A stretch of 64,000 nucleotides of DNA from Gracilinanus agilis (GCF_016433145.1 NC_058131.1:265966662-266030661), one strand, 5' to 3'; counted from the stretch's first letter, positions 1 to 12,829 are shown. Numbers and translations: made by a program. The notes: generated from the letters alone by a model not told the origin.

Positions 1-57
1 GATAAAACATTTCAGGGGGCCGCATCTGGCCCTCGGACTATAGTTTGCCCATCACTG
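1..57 (-). mobile_element. End of a hAT-type MITE, cut off by the window edge
   Basis: Ends in AGTTTGCCCATCACTG; the subterminal sequence matches the reverse complement of the start of the element at 18198. Confidence 0.7.
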
Positions 58-199
58 CCCTAGACCCTATCTCCTCCAGCAGATTACACACACGCACACG
101 CAAACATACACACACCGCTCTTTACTTGACCCTACCATTCCTTCAGATTATCATCCTATATCTCTCCTTAAATCACAACCACTCTCCTAGACTCACTGG

Positions 200-1590
200 C
201 TACACTTCCTCTCCTATCATTTATGTCTCAATCCTCATAATCTGGCTTCAAATTGCATCATTCATCTGAATCTTCTCTCTCCAAAGTTACTAATAATTGC
301 TTAACTGCCAAATCCCCTGCCATTTTCTCAGTCCTCGTGTTATTTGATCTCTTATGAAGTATATGACACTATTGACTACCCTTCCCCTGATTAATAATAC
401 TCTCTGCACTTTAGGTCTTCATGCCATTGTTTTCTCTTGGTTTTCTTCATACTTATATGGCTGCTCTTTCTTAATCTCTTTTGTTTGATCATCATAGCAT
501 TCCCAATAACAATAGGGATTTTGTTCTAGACTCTCATCTTTTTTTCTACACCTTTCTTCTTGGTGATCATATCAATTCCCAGGGATCATTTATTGTTTCT
601 ATGTAGACAATCCCAAGACACATACACACACATACACACACCCCCAGTTCTAGCTTCTCTTTCTCCTGGACTCTGGTTCTAAATTGTAAATGGTCAACTG
701 GACACTCCCACATGAATGTCTTGTGGGTACCTCAAATTCAAAATGTTTAAAACAGAATTCCTTATCTTTCTCCTAAAACTCTTTTCTTATGAACTTCTTC
801 ATTTTAATTGAGAGTACTATCCTTCCTATCTCTCAGATTCACATCTTAAACACTTCATGTTTTTCACCCCTTTTATCTAATCTCATCTACCTCCAAAGGA
901 TCTCACACCTTCTTACTCACATGTTCATCATCCTAATTCTGGTCCTTATGATCTTCTTGCCTAATTTATTGCAGCAGTCTCTTGATAGATTCTCCTGCCT
1001 CAAAGCCTCTTCCCTCTCTAATCCAATATCCACATGATTGAAAATTTAATATTTCCAAAGAACAACACTAGCTGTATCATGCCGCTAGTCAAAAAGCTTT
1101 AGTGGCTGGCTCCTTTTTGTATCCAGGATAAAATAAAAAACTCTTCTTTATAGACCTGAAACCCCATTTCTTCCTGATCCCAGCCTACTTTTCTAGAATT
1201 AGTATACATTACTCCCCTCATTACTTATATAGTCCACATTCCAGTCAACATGGGCTACTTGCTGTTGTTCCTGACCTATAGCACTTTATTTCCCATTCCT
1301 ATGCCTTTGCACCAGCTGTCTCCCATATTTGGGATGTACTGTCTCTTCATTTACATCTGGCAAAATCAATAGCTTCCTTAAGAGCTCAAGTGCCACTTCC
1401 TAAATGAGGCCTTTCCTGATAACCTGTTTTGTACTCCCCCAAAACCAGCTATCTTGTAGGTGTCTTCTATTTATTTATTTATTTGTATGTATGTTGTTTC
1501 CACCAATTGAATACAAGACCCTAGAGGGCAAGGCTATTTTTGCCTCTGTATAACCAATGCCTCAAACAATAAGTAGCCCATAGAAAACTA
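200..1590 (+). mobile_element. Old L2 LINE remnant
   Basis: Long pyrimidine-rich, stop-riddled tract ending in an L2-like 3' motif (CCTAGAGGGCAAGGCTATTTTTG); boundaries approximate. Confidence 0.55.
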
Positions 1591-1594
1591 GGGA

Positions 1595-1800
1595 GACAAC
1601 ATGGCACAGTGGAAAGGGAACCGAACTTAAAAGTTATAGGACCTGAGTTAAAATCCCAGCTCTGCCAATTACTAGCTGTCTATCGACCATTGGACAAGTC
1701 ACTTAACCACTTTGTTCTTCATTTTACTTAGCTGTAAAATGAGGGAGTTGAACAAGAAGACCTCTAAGATCCCTTTTTGGTCTTAATTATGATCCTATGA
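1595..1800 (+). mobile_element. MIR/CORE-SINE
   Basis: GGACAAGTCACTTAACC...GTAAAATGAGGGAGTTG core. Confidence 0.7.
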
Positions 1801-2059
1801 GCTGGTTTTAAAAAGGTACTTTACTAAATTATTTTAATATGTCTCACTTTGACCAACCTGGGTTTCCTCCAGTATTTTTTATCAGATCTACTGCTTATAC
1901 ATAGTATTTTTTAAACTGCATATACTCTAGCCTTAACTATATGAAGTCCTTTAATTAAAAAAACTATTAAGATTAGGCACCTTTATTTTTTCCTCTGGGC
2001 AAGCATTTTCCATAATCTGTTACTATACTATTTAGCAGAAAGCATGGAAAAATATAAAG

Positions 2060-2270
2060 AGGGCACCAAAGTGGTCAGGCAGCAAGGATTGAGAGCCAGG
2101 CCTAGAGATGGAAGGTCCTAAGTTCAAATATAGCCTCAGTTACTTCCTAGCTATGTGACCCTGGGCAAGTCACTTAAACTCCAATTGTCGAGCCCTTCCT
2201 GCTCTTCTACCTTGAAACCAATACTTAGTATGGACTCTAAGATGGAAGATAAAGCTTAAAAGAAGAAAAA
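2060..2270 (+). mobile_element. Opossum SINE1-type CORE-SINE, diverged
   Basis: GATTGAGAGCCAGGCCTAGAG...GTGACCCTGGGCAAGTCACTT core with an A-rich tail. Confidence 0.8.
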
Positions 2271-3935
2271 GAATGATGGGTTAATGTTTTCAAATAAGCA
2301 TATACTCCGCTTGCCAACAACTTCATTTATTTTAGGCCTGGACTAATTTCTATTCTCTTTCAGATACTAGGTCTCTGAACTGATGCTAATTCTCAATTTG
2401 TATAAAGTACTCATATTAAATGTTGTAAGAATCCATTTAGAAGAGAAAAATCTCCAACCCCTCAATGAACAGCTTTACAAACTTTTCTTCTTTTGGATTT
2501 AGTGGGTAGAATGATCCCAGACTCCTTAGTTATATCAAAAGTAATTTATGTTAATAATGTCACTAATTTATATTTTTATTTGGTCAGCTTGCTTTGACTA
2601 GGGAAGATCAAATACATAAGAGTTGTTTTTAACACTGTAAGAAGCAGATTCATTTCAGTGTTGCACCAAGTATAGAACAGGCATGTGAATTATTAGTGTA
2701 CAAAGAAAGCATTGTCCTACTAATCAAGAAAACCTAATTAAATGTGTGAAGGTGGTTAAATATCTCCTGGCCCTGGTTTCTTTTTCTGTAAAATTAGATA
2801 GTTAAATTATTTCTAACATCATTTATATGCTTTTAAAAAAATCCATTTCTAATTATATGCCTCAATACTGATAAACTATCTGTAAGCATTAGGTTGCTTT
2901 TTCATAAACTGAGATGAATTTCTGAAGATCCATGCAGTCTCTAGACCTGGTCTCTAGACTTGATCAAAGGCACTGATTTGTAAGACTAGAAAAATCTTTG
3001 CAACAAGTTTCTTTGATAAGGGTCTCATTTTCAAGCTACCTAAAGAAACTGATTCAAATATAGAAGAACAATAATCATTTCCCAAATGATAAATGGCCAA
3101 AGCATATGAATAGGTAGTTTTCTAAGGAAGCAATCCAAGCTATCAATAATCATATATTTCAAATCATTGGTAATTAGAAAAACATGAATTAAAGTAAGGT
3201 TATCCACATCATAGCCATTTTACTGGCAATGGTGACAAAATGGGAGAATGATATGCAAGACTTGAGACAAGTTTTGCAGCTATGGAGCAAAAAGCTAAAT
3301 AACCTTTACATAGTTCTAACCTACAGCTTCACTAGTATCATACTTTAATTAGCACTCAAATGCTAAAAGAGCAGCCTGCCCTCAACACACAACAGAAACA
3401 TCAATGACCACACATCTAACTGCCTGAAGCCTCTAGGGTTACTAGTATTTCTTGGGCATAACTTATGAAATACTTTTAAATCACACATATTCTGCTTAAG
3501 AAGGAACATGTAAACTTCTGAAGTTACTGTCAAAGAAAATGGACCTAACACTCCCAAATTCTTCCCTAAGTTCTAAAAGGCATGAATATGCTACAATTGA
3601 AGGACAATCAAGGAAAAAACTACTTCTTTGAGACTAGTCAAAAAAACATAAATGCTCTTTTAAATTAAATGAAGTTCTTCAGTAACAGCTAAGAAAAACA
3701 AACAAAAAAGTTAGAAACCCAACTCTACCCAATGAAATATGATTAGTTAAATTTAGGATTTAATTATGACTTTCAAAAAAACCCTCATAAAACAGAATCT
3801 TAAGGACAATTTAATCCTATCAGACTAAACTGATAAATAATTCAACTAAGGCAAACATCAGTGAACAAAATTAAATGATTAATAGTCATTTATTTGGTAA
3901 ACTGGTAGAAGATGAGTCTCAAAAGCCTATTATGA

Positions 3936-4105
3936 GGGGCAGGTAGGTGGCTCAATGGATAGAGAGCCAGGCCTGGAGTTGAGAGGACCTGGGTTAAAAT
4001 CAGACCTCAAGCACTTCCTACCTGTGTCACTTAATTCCAATTGCCAAGCCCTTTACACTCTTCTGTCTTAGAATTGATACTAAGAAGTTAAGGGTTTAAA
4101 AAAAA
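3936..4105 (+). mobile_element. Opossum SINE1-type CORE-SINE
   Basis: GGGGCAGGTAGGTGGCTCA head, AAGGGTTTAAAAA tail. Confidence 0.85.
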
Positions 4106-4407
4106 TCTTATATGAAGTAATAAAGTGACTATAATCTCATATGATCATCTCCCCTTCAGCAAACAGAAACCACTGAAAGGGAGAGTTTATCACAACAAAA
4201 CCTCATTTACCTGTACTGTCTAAATCAGCTTATGTTGGACAGTAATTATTCTGTTATACCTAACAGAACAGTAAATTTAGAAAAAGGAAACAACATAAAA
4301 GTAAAATTTAACATAAAGCCAAGAGAAACAAACCTGTACCTGGGATATAGTCACAAAGTATAAAGCCATAGTTAAATAGCTCAGTGGTAGGCAAAAAGAA
4401 AACATAC

Positions 4408-4565
4408 CATCTGCAGAAGCAGGGGTGATAGGGATGTATTCTGTTGATGTCTGACTACTTAAAGCCACTCTGGCACCAGACAAGTCGATTTTAGTGCTTC
4501 GACAGGTGTTGGAACAGACCTTGTCATGTTGATAAAAGTCCAGCTCTCCAGAATCCATGATCTTC
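4408..4565 (-). CDS. GMEB2: GMEB2 exon 6 (end of SAND domain); downstream exons lie outside the window
   Basis: 158 nt reading (R)KIMDSGELDFYQHDKVCSNTCRSTKIDLSGARVALSSQTSTEYIPITPASAD; acceptor ttgccacag, donor ATG|GTATGT; phase 2 to phase 1. Confidence 0.97.
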
Positions 4566-4849
4566 CTGTGGCAAAGGATTATGTATAAGAGAATAATCAA
4601 AGCTAGTCACAAACCCCCAACTGAAGTCAAAACTTATAATTGTCCCAATACAACTCCCAACTCAAACATGAACTATTTATCTTTCTGTCTAATTGTCTTT
4701 TATTCTTCCTTAACTTGGAACAAGTAGAAAAGGAACAATATATGTTCAGGCAAAACAAACTTCAGCAATGATTTTATGGCCTCTAAAAACATGTTGAGAT
4801 TTGCTAAACAGTCCCTGAAAGGCTGAAAGGCCCCTTACCCTAATAGATC

Positions 4850-5045
4850 ATAAAATCAGATTTAGACCTAAAAGGAACCTTACTTTTGGTCATCTACTTC
4901 AATCCCTCATTTTACAGATGAAGAAACTGAAGCCCACAAAAGTTAAGTGACTTACCTATGGTTAGAAAGGTATAAATGGCAGAGCCAGAATTAGAAGCCA
5001 GGTCCTCTGACTCCAAATCCAGCAATTTTTCCACTAAACCAAAAA
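4850..5045 (-). mobile_element. MIR
   Basis: CATTTTACAGATGAAGAAACTGAAGCCC...GTTAAGTGACTT (reverse core). Confidence 0.75.
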
Positions 5046-6164
5046 GCCAAACAGAAAAATCACAGTAGCTATAGTAGGAGACTTTGACTTACTCAAGGGT
5101 TTTGCTAATTCAGTGAGAAATATTTATAATATTATCAAAGATCTCTTAAATTCAAGAAAACAAAGAGAAATGCTATGCAGTAGAAAGAGTACTAAGCTGA
5201 GAATCAGGAGACCTAGGTTCTAGTCCTGGCTTTGCCACTAACTCATTCCTTAAGCTTCCATGGACTTCAATTTTCTTAAGTATAAAAGAGCAGGTTAGAA
5301 GGGAAGCTTTTTCTAAGACTTCCCCTCAAACTCTAAATCCTATCACTGTGATTCTTTAAAAATATATTAATGAAACTGTGTGAACTCTGAACTTTTCTTT
5401 TATCATTCATTCCTTCTTGCACTTGAAAGGTAAAAAGTCAATGGAAAACAAGTGATAAGAGTAGAAAGATTGAAAAATAGTAGCTGACTCAGACTCATCC
5501 CCAAACTACAAACATTGAACAAGTTGCTGCAATGCAACTGTGTCTGGAGATTAATTTGTTTAGTAATAAAGGAGTAAAAGGGCCCTTTTTGACATTTTTC
5601 TGACATGCTTTAAAAAATCCATATGTTTTGCTATAGCTTTGCTCTTGTAAAGCCAATGAAGATAGAAAAATAATGATTGTTCCATAATGGTCTATTATCT
5701 AATTCTTAATTTGGCAAAAATGTCTCATAGTGATAAGAAATAATTTTAAAGATTGTTTATAGAAAATAGGAGGAAAGGAATAGCATCTAATAATTCTGGT
5801 TATTAGTGCAAATCCCAGAAATATACATATAGAAAACTACTATCTAACAAAAGGAACTATCAGAGTCTCCTCTCCAGAAGTCAACTAATTGGACAATTCC
5901 CAGGCCATTTTCCATGTAATTCCAGAAGCAAAAGTCAAATTTAAAAAAGGTGGAGGGTAGAACAAAATGGAAAAGAAGTCTCAGATATTAGAACATAAGA
6001 GCTTGTATAATTTATGCTCTCAAACTTAAAAAATGAATGACAGAAAGCCTACTGCAAATAACACTTATGCTTTGGGCTCTAAGGAACTAGAGATAAGTAG
6101 GTTGTTTTCATCTCTGGCTTCCTTGATATTCATTATTGCTAGAGAGACAGTATCAGATTTTTAA

Positions 6165-6290
6165 TATATATGTGTGTATGTATGTGTACACATACATACA
6201 TATATGATATGTATTACATGTATAATATAAAATATAATAAAACAATAGTATGTTTTATATATATATACATATACACACACACACACAGAA
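6165..6290. repeat. Mixed (TA)/(TG)/(CA) microsatellite cluster in GMEB2 intron 5
   Basis: Read directly from the sequence. Confidence 0.8.
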
Positions 6291-6963
6291 ACACAGAGTA
6301 TTAATGAGAATTCTCCATTTCTTCTTTCCTACAATATCATTGCTTAGTTATTTATTAGTTTCTTCAAAACAAAGTTTCCATCTTTTTTTCTATAGTTCTA
6401 ATATCAGCCCATGTTCTCCAAAATTAGAAACTGACTTACATTTCCCTCTGCCTAATAAGTGTAACTTAAAAAGATATTTTCAGGAAAACCAGCTTAAAAT
6501 CTATGAAGTGCTATACAAACATAAGATGTTAATGAATATGGTTGAAGGGGCTGGGGAATTATATTCTGGCAAGGAAAAACTAATATATAAAAAATTCATG
6601 AGGGTGTGGTTCATTCAGTCATCTCACTATATTTTAGGTATTAAGACTAAAACTTAAATTCACTGTTCAAAAAGGGAAATGGAAACAACCAAGTTAAATG
6701 TAACTAGAGGGGGATATTCAAACTGTCCTTTATTACATGCTTGAAGGTTACTTGGCACTGTTACCAAGCCTCATTCATAAGTACTCTTCTCAGGAAGAGT
6801 CATTTCTCCAGCAGAATAAACTTTTAGTTGAAAAAATGGAGCCTTTTGACAAAATCTCTGTAGCAAAGTGATCAATCTATCTATTCCAGACATTGGCACA
6901 CAGTTTTCAAAATATTTAGATGCAGAGATTTGCAAATAAACAAGCTTCAAAACTAAACCAGTT

Positions 6964-7165
6964 GGGGCAGCTGGGTAGCTCAGTGGATTGAGAGCCAGGC
7001 CTAGAGACAGGAGGTCCGAGGTTCAAATCCGGCCTCAGACACTTCCCAGCTATGTGACCCTGGGCAAGTCACTTGACCCCCATTGCCTACCCTTACCAAT
7101 CTTCCACCTATAAGTCAATACACAGAAGTTAAGGGTTTAAAAAATTTAAAAAAAAAAAAAAACAA
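6964..7165 (+). mobile_element. Opossum SINE1-type CORE-SINE, young
   Basis: Near-consensus; TSD AAAACTAAACCAG(T/C)T at 6949-6963 / 7166-7180. Confidence 0.93.
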
Positions 7166-8654
7166 AAAACTAAACCAGCTTTGGCAAACAAGAGAATAAA
7201 AGTAAGATGTTAAAGGTGAAGAGCTCTTTTGCCTTAGGCCAAACTTAGTAAAAGTTATATCATAAAAAAAACTAGGCAGAGATTTGGTTAAAAATTAATT
7301 GGACTGAAAGGAATGTAATTCAATAATAATCAGCCTTTCTAGAAGTATCAGCTGAAAAGTCCTAAGTCCTTATATTCAGATTGAGGGTGTCCCATTAATT
7401 TTCTTTTCTTTTTTTTATCCCCTTTTTTGAGACCATCAAGAAGAAAATCATATACTAAGCCTTCTAGGACTGACTACAATGAGAGAATTCTAAGTATTTG
7501 AGCAAACTGCAAAATATCAGAGGAAGAGTGTGAAAGAGGCTCACCTTAGAGTCTATCTAGACCAATAATTCTAAAAGAAAGTATGGTCTGAGGACTCCTA
7601 GGGTCACTGAGATCATTTTGACCTCAGGCTGTGAAATCAAAACCATTTTTATAATAATATTTTAACCATAATAAAATATATAATATGGTATATATTACAT
7701 GTGTAACATATAAATATAATAAAACAATAGTGTATTGTATATAATATAATAATATAAAAGGTTTCACTTCTAATATGGTAAATATCAAAAGATAAAAGTT
7801 CATTGTGGGGTTCCTCAATAATTTTTAATTGTATAAAGGAGTCCTGAGAACAAAAAAGGTAGTCTGGACAGACAAAGTTATACTCAAAAGAAAATTATAC
7901 TCTGAAGAACTCAAAATGAAATAAGATGCTGGAGACACCGCTATGCAGAAAGTACATCTCTGTAAACAGTATCTGTTAAATGGGAAGTTATACAAAGAAG
8001 ACCAAAAAAGAACCTAAGGAAAATACAGGGAAGCAATATTAGACAAGCCTGAAAATTTCAATATACTCTTAAGATGAATAATAATAAACATTTGTAGTTG
8101 ACAAATCCCTATATAACTCCAGAACAGTTCTAGAAACTGTTAAGATTCTGAAATATAAAGTATTTTACACACATTAAAGTACTATATAAGCATGTCAGTT
8201 ATATTTCTTATTAAACCAAAGAAACCTGAAGGAAGCCATCATTGACTCAATCTTTCAGCTTACTAAAAGTTGTTCAAAAGTGATCTCAGCAAAAGTGAGA
8301 AGTGGTAAAGTGGGCTGGAGTGGGCAGAGGATAGACAGAGAGGAAGAGAAGAGAGGAAGAAAAAGGGAAAGAAAGGAGAAAGAAAGAGGGAGAGGATGAG
8401 GAGTGAAAGAAAAAGGTATGGGGAGAGGTTTTTAAGAGTATTATTTTAAACATTTCAAGCAAGATGTTTGTGGAAGAACTGTTGATTAAAGTAAACTTCC
8501 TTTATACCCCCTGTAGGAAGACAACATGGAAAGCAAGAGCCTATAAGCTTTCACAAACTTTGGAATGAGCTGCTAGAAAAAGGGTAGAAGAAAACCACAA
8601 ATGTTTGGCTGCTGAACTAGAAGCCAGAAATTATTGTTAAGAGGAAGAAATAAG

Positions 8655-8900
8655 TATTTATATAGCACCTACTAAAACACAAGGCACTGTGCTAAACACT
8701 GTTTTTAAACATATAATATTTCATTTGATCTTCACAACACCCCTGAGAGGTCGGTATTATTATTATCCCTATTTTACAGCTGAGGAAAGTAAGTTGGACA
8801 GGTTAAGTGACTTACTCAGGATCGTACAGTCATTAAGTGTCAAGGTCAAACTTGAACTCTGATCTTCCTGACCCTGAGCCCCAGGGGCTCTATCCACTAA
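8655..8900 (-). mobile_element. MIR
   Basis: ATTATCCCTATTTTACAGCTGAGGAAA...GGTTAAGTGACTT. Confidence 0.75.
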
Positions 8901-9728
8901 GCCTTGTAGCTATCCTAAAGAAGTAGTAAGCTGGAAGGATGGAACTGAAAGTCAGGCAAAATAAAAAGCTTTTTATCAAGTTAGTTTAAATTCCTTGTCA
9001 TTGCCATAGCAGATTCAGTGGGAGTGAACAGGAAGTTATTTGCACAGGGAATAAGAAAAATCAGGCAAACTATATATACTAAAAAAGAGTAGAAAATTGA
9101 TAGGAAAATTGAAAAGCTTATAAATAAAATGGGTTCTCTAAAATTCTAAAGCAAATGTTTCTTCCTTCCTCATTTTCCCTTTGTCTCTGTTTCATTATTC
9201 CCAACACTAGGAACTTAGAGAGCACTCATTATCTCTATTCTCCAAATCTTCCATGACCTCCCCCTTCCACTAATTAGTCATCTGTCCTTACCTCAATTGC
9301 AAAATTTTTGAACAAGCAGCCTCATGCTAAAGATTAAGGCCAATTCCAGAATAGTTAAGGATTTTAGCTTAACTTCTAATTTTTAGTATTCTGTGCAGTA
9401 AAAATTATCTTTTAAATTTTATTATTTTATTTGGGTTTTTCTTTAATGAAGAAAGGATTCTTGGTTCCTATCACCAAAAGACTTATGAATATAATAGCTT
9501 AGCATTAAAAGACTTACCCAGACACAAATGAGCAAATATAAAGGGGAAAACTTTGCTTATTTTGGGTACTTCTGATGGTGATCATAATGACAAATCTGGA
9601 TGACTAAGGTTACAATGATTCATCAGTTTAACTTCTGGATCGGAACTGTTGCTCAGCCTGAGATTCTCCCTGTCAGAGCAGAGACAGGCTATATTGTCAT
9701 CTATGTGCTTGCTAGAAAATAGGCTGAC

Positions 9729-9832
9729 CTGAGCATGATCCCATTCATGCGAATTGCTCTTTTCCAATCCTTCAAAGTTGACTTGCCAGCCAAATGAACA
9801 AACTCTTTAGGGCTGATGACATGCTCATCATA
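9729..9832 (-). CDS. GMEB2: GMEB2 exon 5 (SAND domain KDWK motif)
   Basis: 104 nt reading YDEHVISPKEFVHLAGKSTLKDWKRAIRMNGIML(R); acceptor ttctacag, donor CAG|GTCAGC; phase 0 to phase 2. Confidence 0.97.
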
Positions 9833-11122
9833 CTGTAGAAGAAAGAAAAACAAAACAATCAATAGTCAAGTATAAAATTCTGACTATATCATCATAATCT
9901 ATGTCTATGGAACAGCCAAAGAATATCAAGAATTTATTAATTCATTTCATTTAGCACTTACTATGTGCTTTTTATGTGCAGAGTACACAGGAGATAGATA
10001 CAAAGAAAATTAAGACATAATCCTTGCCCTCATGGGGCTTACAATCTGTGTGTGACACATAAATTTGAAAACTATTCAATAAATACAAAACTACAACAGT
10101 ACAGAATAAAATAAAACAGAATGTAAGATGCAAGAAGAGAAAATTTTGGATCATTTTCAATATCACCAATCTTCTAGTAATAGTAATCTTCTAGCAGTAA
10201 TTTTCACTGCATAGTTGTCAAAGGTAATTAGATCAGGCAAAAAGTCAGGATTTGGCATGGTTTTAAGGATAACCTACTTATTTAAAAAGTCTGAAGTTGA
10301 TGAAAACAAATGACTGGCTAATAGGAAGGGAGGCAAGTCAGTAAAAGACTTCCAAGGAAATAAAATGTAGCAGAAGCTAGATGAGAGAGCATTTAATATT
10401 GGGAGTTAGGAAGAACTAGGTTCAAATTTTGCCCCTTCCAGTTAACTAACTAATCCAGGCAAGACATTTAACCTGTCTGAGACTCAAGTAACAAAAACTA
10501 TACTATCTTAGAGGAGCAGGATTCTGCCTCAGTGGAGGAATTCCCACATCAATAAAATCATAGGTTCTTGATGTACTGATGCATTCCAATTTTGGAGATA
10601 TGGGGAACATTTCTTAGAAGCAGTCACATTTGAGTTGGATCGTGAAAAGATGAGGATTATTTCAAAAAGTAGAAATGGTGGCAGAGGCACTTCAGGCATA
10701 AGAAAGTACTGGCTATAAATAAAAGACTGCACGTAGTCCAGGTGAATGAAGTATAATCCATACAGAAGTAAGTTGTGTAAGAAAATTAGAAAGGTCATGT
10801 CAGTTTCTTGAGTGAAAAGAATAAACTGCTAGAGAAATGTTCTAACTCATTTTGTTTCTACATGTTCTTCTGATTTAATCTATAAATGCCTTTGGAATAA
10901 TATGGCAAGCTTTCTAAGGACTTATTTTCCTTCTACTTCTTTTCACTGTTGCATAGCATCTCTCAAAATGTTCCATCCTTCTCCTCAATGTTTTAAAACT
11001 GAGTTTGTATTCTAAACTGTTGTTACCTTGGCTACCATGTCTCTCCACTTGGCAAGGAAATTGTTTGCTGGCTAAAGCAGTTTCTAGGTTCTTTTGGTCT
11101 CCTAGTTAAAGTTTGAGAAAAG

Positions 11123-11738
11123 CGATCCAGCCATAGCATTGCTGGGTTTGTACCCCAAAGAGATCATAGATAAACAGACTTGTACAAAAATATTTATAGC
11201 CGTGCTTTTTGTGCTGGCAAAAAACTGGAAAATGAGGGTATGCCCTTCAATTGGGGAACGGTTGAACAAATTGTGGTATATGCTGGTGATGGAATACTAT
11301 TGTGCTCAAAGGAATAATAAACTGGAGGAATTCCATGTGAACTGGAAAGACCTCCAAGAATTGATGCAGAGTGAAAGGAGCAGAGCCAGAAGAACACTGT
11401 ACACAGAGACTGATACACTGTGGTAAAATCGAATGTAATGGACATCTGTACCAGCAGCAATGCAATGACACAGGACAGTTCTGAGGGATTTATGGTAAAG
11501 GACACTACCCACATTCAGAGGAAGAACTACAGGAGTGGAAACACAGAAGAAAAACACATGGGTTGATGCGGACATGGTTGGGGATGTAGACTCGAACTAC
11601 CACACCAAAGCAACTATCAATAATTTGTAAATAAGTCTTGATTGATCACACATGTTAAAATCAGTGGAAATGTGTGTTGGATATGTGGGGGAGGGGGGGG
11701 TGAAGGGGAAAGTAAAAACAAGAATCATGTAAAAAAAA
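11123..11738 (+). mobile_element. 5'-truncated young L1 (end of ORF2 plus 3'UTR), antisense to GMEB2
   Basis: ORF 11139-11426 resembles the L1 ORF2 C-terminus (GLYPKEI...CTKIFIA...LWYM...EYY). G-rich 3'UTR and A tail; perfect 15-bp TSD AAAGTTTGAGAAAAG (11108-11122 / 11739-11753) after a TT|AAAG nick site. Confidence 0.93.
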
Positions 11739-12829
11739 AAAGTTTGAGAAAAGGCAATAATCAAAATCAATGTCCTAACTTTTGTCTATTTCCCATTTTC
11801 AAAGTCAACATCTCATTTAAGTGAGTCATTACAACAGTATTCAATTTCTCATCTTTATTCTTTCTTAAAAATATTTTTGCCTTTTTAACCAATCTATAGA
11901 TGTCTAATTCTGAAACAACTCTTGGAATAACCAAATGTGTCTGTTCAAATATAATCAGTTTTTCAAATATAGCCTCAGATGCTTCCTACCTATGCAATTC
12001 TAGGTGAGTCACATAACCTCCTCTGCCTAGTACTTATGACTCTTCTATCTTAGAACTAATATACAGTATTCTAAGACAGAAGATAAGGGTTTAAATATAT
12101 ACATATATTTTAAGTCAATTTAATTTTGGGGGATGGTGTTGAATAAAAAGCATTCATAATATAACCTTCTGAATAATAAGTAAGTTTTGGACTTCATTTC
12201 TTATCCTGAATCATATTTCCCACCATAATTTTCATACTTCTGTGTACTCACCTTCACACTGCAGTCACCAAAGTATATGTTAATGTGGTTTGGTGGAACC
12301 TGACTTATTCCTTGAAGAATTTCTCTACTTTTTCATTCTCTATAATAGTTCATGAGCTACAACTATGTTCATGGTAGAATGGTGCCCTTACCTACTTTCA
12401 TCATGAATGCTGTAAATATAAAATAGCCTTGAAAAGATGTGGGGTTTTTTTGTTACCCTTGAGTACACAATGAAACCAAAGCTGCTAACTTCTTTATTTG
12501 CTTGCCAAGATGAGCTTACAAACCCTTCCTTCCGATTAGCTCCAACTTCCTTTTGTTTATTGGATTCATTTGTTGCAAAACTGATCTTACGAACACAATT
12601 TAGTGGCATATCAGTTTGCTAAACAATTAAAACATTAAAAGATGGCCTATACACTAGCAAACATCCTCTATCTTCCTTCTCCGTCATTGTGGATGTGGAA
12701 GGGAAATACAGAGCAATGAGGGCCATTTTGTATTTTTACCTGTCTCATGAGTTACCATGTTCAAATAAATGATCATTTAGTGACCAATACACTGGTCATA
12801 AGTCACTGTGTACTTAATTAGTACTTAAC

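Noticed and set aside
1-4407. Search for GMEB2 exon 7 (NGSPATITIE-like)
   Set aside because: Not found in this interval; presumed to lie left of the window.
11139-11575. ORFs of 74-106 aa on both strands
   Set aside because: They are the L1 ORF2 tail and its antisense frames, not host genes. The same applies to 50030-50330.
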